From contig NC_068981.1 in the NCBI RefSeq assembly GCF_001194135.2, positions 113,810,406 through 113,862,467 of the forward strand: a stretch of DNA of 52,062 nucleotides. Reading direction: 5' to 3'. Of the stretch, positions 46,380 through 52,062 are shown piece after piece (within the stretch, counting starts at the first letter, position 1; each line of letters opens with the position of its first letter). Source of the DNA: Octopus bimaculoides. Its lineage: Eukaryota. Below the pieces are notes generated by a model. It worked only from the letters and a program-made list of their open reading frames with translations. It was not told where the DNA came from and ran no database searches. The translations under genes were made by a program, and so were the position numbers.

Positions 46380-47480
46380 ATAATAAATCATCCTCAAACC
46401 AGTGTCAAAAGTACCTTACAAAACCGAAGTAAAACAAGAAAAAATACTCTTAGAATCGACAGTAGTCGTAATTCCCTCCTTCGATGAAAAATAACCAGCA
46501 AAATCACAGCAAAACTTTGTAGACCCTGTCTACAGTAACAGAGATGCGCGGTGGCACAAACAGGAAAAAAAAATGTAATGAAAATTATAAAGTATAATTT
46601 ATATAAATATTAACGATACAACAAATTAATTTACTATCAAAAGAATTTAAATTTACAAAAACTCCTGGATATTGCAGCATTCCGTAGAAAATTGTGGCTC
46701 ACAGACTATCAGAACGATAAGAATAACAATGATGCGTCGATTGTAAGATAATCCTATCACTTCCAATTATATTTATATTTCAATTTGTGCCACCCAAGAC
46801 ACTTCAGAGTAAGTGTATCCGAGACATACGATTTCAAGAGCTCAAAGACACCAAATTTACCGATAGAAATTATCCGCCATCTTTAATAAGACTCGAACGA
46901 GCCAAAGAAAATTAATATCCTGATGGTTAGACAAGCAAAACAAAGAAATATACCGGAAATTGAAAGTTTTACCACATATTTCCACTCAAAAGGCTGAAAT
47001 CAATGAAACCTACGACACTATTTTATGAAATATACCAACATTGAAAAGGATCCCACGATAAATAACATTTTACAGTACATACCATTATGAAGAGCAAAAT
47101 GCAGTCCGAATCAGTGAAAACAATATTAACAAATGTCGATCACAACAGCTATCAATAAAAATCTCCACGATTCAACTGTGGCATATGTTTAAATTTGCCA
47201 GTAGTATTGGACATACTTTTTAAAGAAGGATAACTTACCAAAATATCTTTTCTCGTGCTTCGAAAACCTTAATTACGAAGTAGCATGTTCATGTTTTGAA
47301 GAAAAATATATGGAGCAAACCGGGATAACCTTAATACAACGAATGACCTCGCAAGGACAAGAAATTCGGGAATAAATATAAAGGAAAATAGGTCCCAGCG
47401 AACAAGCAAACACATATATCAGAAAGAAACAACCAAATCTTACGATCTTTCCCTTCTCTCAATTTATCGATTACACTTTC
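46380..47480 (+). mobile_element. Second-type PLE remnant with the RT core deleted
   Basis: QINLLSKEFKFTKTP..DIAAFRRKLWL, then thumb YLYFNLCHPRH and RFQELK..RNYPPSLI, then GIY-YIG-like CASK/ENL.YEVACSC..KYMEQTGITLIQRM. Heavily decayed. Confidence 0.6.
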
Positions 47481-48204
47481 CAACAGTAATGAATTCATCG
47501 CGAAGTACCGGTCAGTTGATTGATACTACTGCTGCATCTACAACTACTATTGCTACTACAACTGCTGCTACTACTGGCATTACTACTGCTGCTGCCATAG
47601 TCATTACTATTACCATTACTAGCATAAAGTGGTGAACAAACCCCTCCTTCTACACTTATCGCCTCTGCTATTTTTTCTGACTCCAACTACTGTTTTTTTA
47701 CTAATATTGTTTCAGCTACTAGGACTGCTGATGTTACATCTGTTCCAGCTATTTCCTCTGATATGATCTCACTCACAGCCATGACAACTGCTGCTATTAT
47801 TATTGTTGCTACCATCCCTTAGAAACCACTTTTTAAATATCTACATTACCAATAAGAAACAATTGATAATCCTTACAGCTAATATTGTTTAATCCAACTA
47901 CGACTACAACAGCCTATGTTTTTAAATATAAATTTACGTGTGTGAGACCTCTCAAGTATAATATAAACCAATAATATTGACTCGCTTATATTGCGATCCC
48001 AAACGAAATGCGACCTAACTTTAGCTACATAAGTCTAAGTCTTACATTTTACAATTATAGCATTTTGTTTTTACACTCAAAGGTAATACTACACACACAT
48101 TTTGCTTCGGATGTGATGCATCAAGATCATGTATATCTTTGAGATGAGTTTATCCATACACACACACATGCACACACAATGCACACATACATATACATGT
48201 ATAT

Positions 48205-48375
48205 AGGAGCACAGGTGTGGCTGTGCGGTAAAGAAGTTTGCATCCCAAGCACATAGTTCTGGGTTCAACCCCACTCTGTGGCACGTTGGACAAATGTCTT
48301 TTTCTATTGCCTCGGTCCGACCAAAGCCTTGTGAGTGGATTTGGTAGACAGAAACTGAAAGAAACCCGACGTATA
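48205..48375 (+). mobile_element. SINE family 1, 5' half (a tail fragment follows at 49030-49090 after the gap)
   Basis: gtgtggctgtgcggtaaagaagtttgc..gggttcaacccc..gccttgtgagtggatttggtagacagaaactgaaagaaacccgacg followed by (TA)n. Confidence 0.88.
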
Positions 48376-48986
48376 TATATATATATATATATATATNNNN
48401 NNNNNNNNNNNNNNNNNNNNNNNNNNNNNNNNNNNNNNNNNNNNNNNNNNNNNNNNNNNNNNNNNNNNNNNNNNNNNNNNNNNNNNNNNNNNNNNNNNNN
48501 NNNNNNNNNNNNNNNNNNNNNNNNNNNNNNNNNNNNNNNNNNNNNNNNNNNNNNNNNNNNNNNNNNNNNNNNNNNNNNNNNNNNNNNNNNNNNNNNNNNN
48601 NNNNNNNNNNNNNNNNNNNNNNNNNNNNNNNNNNNNNNNNNNNNNNNNNNNNNNNNNNNNNNNNNNNNNNNNNNNNNNNNNNNNNNNNNNNNNNNNNNNN
48701 NNNNNNNNNNNNNNNNNNNNNNNNNNNNNNNNNNNNNNNNNNNNNNNNNNNNNNNNNNNNNNNNNNNNNNNNNNNNNNNNNNNNNNNNNNNNNNNNNNNN
48801 NNNNNNNNNNNNNNNNNNNNNNNNNNNNNNNNNNNNNNNNNNNNNNNNNNNCGGTATTTTGTATAGTACTATACCTCGTATAATTCTCAATTTACACATA
48901 ATTTCTTCGGTCCTCCGAAAACCGTCCATACCTTGTCACGATTCCAGGAATCCTTTGTATTTTTGCTGTTATTTTTTGGATTTACA

Positions 48987-49030
<44 letters not shown>

Positions 49031-49364
49031 TCACGGCAGTGCCCCAATATGGCTGCAGTCGAATGACTGAAACAAGTAAAAAATGAAAGAAATACAAACA
49101 CACTAACATATACACACGGACACGGACACACATATATACTCACGTACATATATACCTTAATATTGAACAGTCAGAATGAGTGCTCAATACTGCATTGATG
49201 GATAAATATTCTTCATTTGTTTGTTAACCTGGCTACCATCGGTTTCACTGTAGCGATCATATTTTCATTCAAGCTAGAGACGAACACCAACATTCCATGT
49301 GACAGGCTTGATAATAGCTAAGAGACAACTCTCTTACCACGTAGGCTGGTATACACACACACAA

Positions 49365-49594
49365 GGCGGCGAGCTGGCAGAAAAGTTAGCACGCCGGGCG
49401 AAATGCTAAGCGGTATTTCGTCTGCCGCTACGTTCTGAGTTCAAATTCCGCCGAGGTCGACTTTGCCTTTCATCCTTTCGGGGTCGATTAAATAAGTACC
49501 AGTTACGCACTGGGTCGGTATAATCGACTTAATCCGTTTGTCTGTCCTTGTTTGTCCCCTCTGTGTGTAGCCCCTTGTGGGTAGTAAAGAAATA
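49365..49594 (+). mobile_element. Young-looking full-length tRNA-derived SINE (family 3)
   Basis: ggcggcgagctggcagaaaagttagc (A-box-like), gagttcaaattcc (B-box-like), gccgaggtcgactttgcctttcatcctttcggggtcgat, ending ccttgtgggtagtaaagaaata. Confidence 0.92.
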
Positions 49595-50247
49595 ATACAC
49601 ACACACACACACACACTTATATGTGCATAATACATATATGCATACATATTACTTATATATNNNNNNNNNNNNNNNNNNNNNNNNNNNNNNNNNNNNNNNN
49701 NNNNNNNNNNNNNNNNNNNNNNNNNNNNNNNNNNNNNNNNNNNNNNNNNNNNNNNNNNNNNNNNNNNNNNNNNNNNNNNNNNNNNNNNNNNNNNNNNNNN
49801 NNNNNNNNNNNNNNNNNNNNNNNNNNNNNNNNNNNNNNNNNNNNNNNNNNNNNNNNNNNNNNNNNNNNNNNNNNNNNNNNNNNNNNNNNNNNNNNNNNNN
49901 NNNNNNNNNNNNNNNNNNNNNNNNNNNNNNNNNNNNNNNNNNNNNNNNNNNNNNNNNNNNNNNNNNNNNNNNNNNNNNNNNNNNNNNNNNNNNNNNNNNN
50001 NNNNNNNNNNNNNNNNNNNNNNNNNNNNNNNNNNNNNNNNNNNNNNNNNNNNNNNNNNNNNNNNNNNNNNNNNNNNNNNNNNNNNNNNNNNNNNNNNNNN
50101 NNNNNNNNNNNNNNNNNNNNNNNNNNNNNNNNNNNNNNNNNNNNNNNNNNNNNNNNNNNNNNNNNNNNNNNNNNNNNNNNNNNNNNNNNNNNNNNNNNNN
50201 NNNNNNNNNNNNNNNNNNNNNNNNNNNNNNNNNNNNNNNNNNNNNNN

Positions 50248-51115
50248 GTTCCTCGTTATTGGTGGGCGTGTTCGAGCCGCCATAACAGCAGACTGAGAAT
50301 TTTGTTGAAAACATTTTTTTTTATTGTAATTCTGTGTGGCGTTAACCTGTGCATTCTGGTGGGCGTGTTTCGCCGGAAAAAAGTTGAACCCTGTGGATTT
50401 TACCCTGTGGATTTTACCCTGTGGAGTTTATCTAAGCTGGAGTACAATCGAGAAGAACCCTGACTATTGGATTTACCTGGCTGGAGTATTATACAGAGCC
50501 AAGGATTCCCTGTCTGTTCTATTTAAGTGCATTGTTTTCTTTTCCTTTTTATTTTTCCCTCCTCCCATTTTTTCTTTCTTCCTAAATCTCGGTTACTTCT
50601 TTTTCTCATTATTTTAATTTCAGTTTTTACTTCTGTTTTATCTTGTTGTCTTCTATTTTTATTAATGTTTGGTGGATTGTTTTTGTGAACTGTTTTTTTG
50701 GACATGGCAGAGAAGGAACTTAAAAAGAACTCTGTCTTGGAGTGGGAAATTATCTCACCCAAGCAGTGGTTAAGAGATATGGAGGAGAGGACAGTAGTGG
50801 TTAGAACTTACTCTAAAGTTCTTGATACCATTACCGTCTTCCCAAAACCAACTAAACAAAAAGAACTGAAAGATTATTTGTCCTCTGGGAAATACATAAC
50901 TCGCGGTGTCAAGGATGCAACCGTATGGTTGCTGTTTGACACCCCGGAGGAGGCTCGCAATTTTGCGAGCCAGCCCTCGGAGGGCAACGAAATCCTGTTC
51001 CTCCCGTCGCACTGCGGGAGGAAATTAATAAGAGCCTGGGTGTGTGGGTTACGCCCAGGCACAGAAGCGGGTTGGTTTGAAGATACCATCCGACGGGGCC
51101 TGGGGGATAGCGGGC
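50248..51115 (+). mobile_element. Tx1/L1-type 5' UTR plus ORF1 N-terminal half
   Basis: ATG at 50704: MAEKELKKNS..MEERTVVVRTYSK..ITRGVKDATVWLLFDTPEEARNFAS..FLPSHCGRKLIRAWV, homologous to the ORF1 at 16604-17610. Truncated by a fold-back. Confidence 0.75.
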
Positions 51116-51195
51116 CCACCCAGGCTCTTACTAATTTCCTCCCGCAGTGCGACGGGAGGAACAAAATTTCGTTGCCCTCCAAGGGTTGGCTCGCA
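50964..51195. repeat. Fold-back inverted repeat, 79-bp arms with a 74-nt loop
   Basis: 50964-51042 versus the reverse complement of 51117-51195: 5 mismatches, all transitions. Confidence 0.96.
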
Positions 51196-51203
51196 TATAC
51201 ATA

Positions 51204-51967
51204 CAGGGTGCGGTGAATAAATTGTCGTCTAAATTACGCAAAATGACATTGACGTCTCATTTTAACAGATATATGTACCAAAATTCCATAAAAATATCTT
51301 CAAATACGAAAGAGTAAATTTACTCAGTAAAATCGCCATTAGCTTCAACCACAGTCTCTAGATGACTTCAGAATCTCCTGCAACTCTTCTGGACGGTCTT
51401 TTTGTTTAAGTTGGTGAATGCTGCCATAATCCTTGCTTTCCGTTATTTTTGGTGTTACAAGGAGTTTTGTTGGTTTCTCGCTCAACTGCGCCACACACCT
51501 AAGAATCAAGTGGTTTGCAGTCTGGTGAGTTAAGTGAGTTAATCCCATGTCTCTCGGGAAGGAGCTGATTGACTTGGAGGGATTGTTGTCAATCCTGACC
51601 TGCATCTCACCAACAAATTCAGGGGTTCTTTTCTTATCAGAACTACCAGAATGAGTTTTCCGAGCTGCAGTACCTTCGTAATCACCGTAAGACTCATCCA
51701 ACATTTTCCGAATCCTCTACACTGTCCTCAGATTCACACACAAACACTCTGAAATGTTCGAATTGGAGCTTCCGGCGCGAATGCCAAGCAGTACAGCATG
51801 TGGTTACCAAATTTCTAGCAGAGTTGATTGCGTCATAGGGCTGTATTTCTCACAGACGGTTTCCAACTGACCCTACTATACTGTGTAGTTGATAAAATCA
51901 AAAACAAACAATGCACATGCGCAAAATAAAAGATATAACATGGCGACAATTTACCCATCGCACCCTG
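51204..51967 (-). mobile_element. Internally deleted Tc1/mariner-superfamily element
   Basis: TA|cagggtgcggtgaataaattgtcg ... cgacaatttacccatcgcaccctg|TA. Minus translation VNLRTV*RIRKML..ARKTHS..KKRTPEFV..IDNNPSKSI (HTH region). Confidence 0.9.
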
Positions 51968-51981
51968 TACGTATGTATATG

Positions 51982-52015
<34 letters not shown>

Positions 52016-52019
52016 TATA

Positions 52020-52062
<43 letters not shown>

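Noticed and set aside
48205-49450. tRNA genes at SINE heads (also 30990-31070 and 43413-43480)
   Set aside because: A/B boxes continue directly into SINE bodies, and I could not fold a complete cloverleaf.

Overview
AT-rich animal genomic DNA, about 13% N in a dozen scaffold gaps, packed with (CA)n/(TA)n/(TATG)n microsatellites and decayed transposable elements. The SINE and LINE repertoire looks like an octopus (coleoid cephalopod) genome; this is inferred from family recognition, not from a search. I find no intact host protein-coding gene, and most supplied ORFs are microsatellite or gap translations. Recognisable elements are tRNA-derived SINEs of several families, Penelope-like elements (PLEs) of two types, an R4/Dong-type RLE non-LTR element, RTE, Tx1/L1 and CR1 remnants, Ty3/Gypsy fragments, Tc1/mariner elements and MITEs, Helitrons, and probable MULE and hAT remnants. 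The main observations are: (1) a minus-strand type I hammerhead ribozyme at 3618-3753 with a complete catalytic core, a palindromic stem III and an 89-nt insert in stem II; (2) one Tc1 apparently split into two oppositely oriented halves, each next to a copy of the same repeat, which suggests an ~8 kb inversion; (3) an R4/Dong element inserted in CATA/CA microsatellite; (4) several fold-back inverted duplications that could form long dsRNA; (5) a 91-bp mini-Helitron; and (6) a candidate minus-strand TATA promoter with a first exon near 19.3 kb. All alignments, translations and identities were done by eye, and element boundaries are approximate unless motif positions are given.
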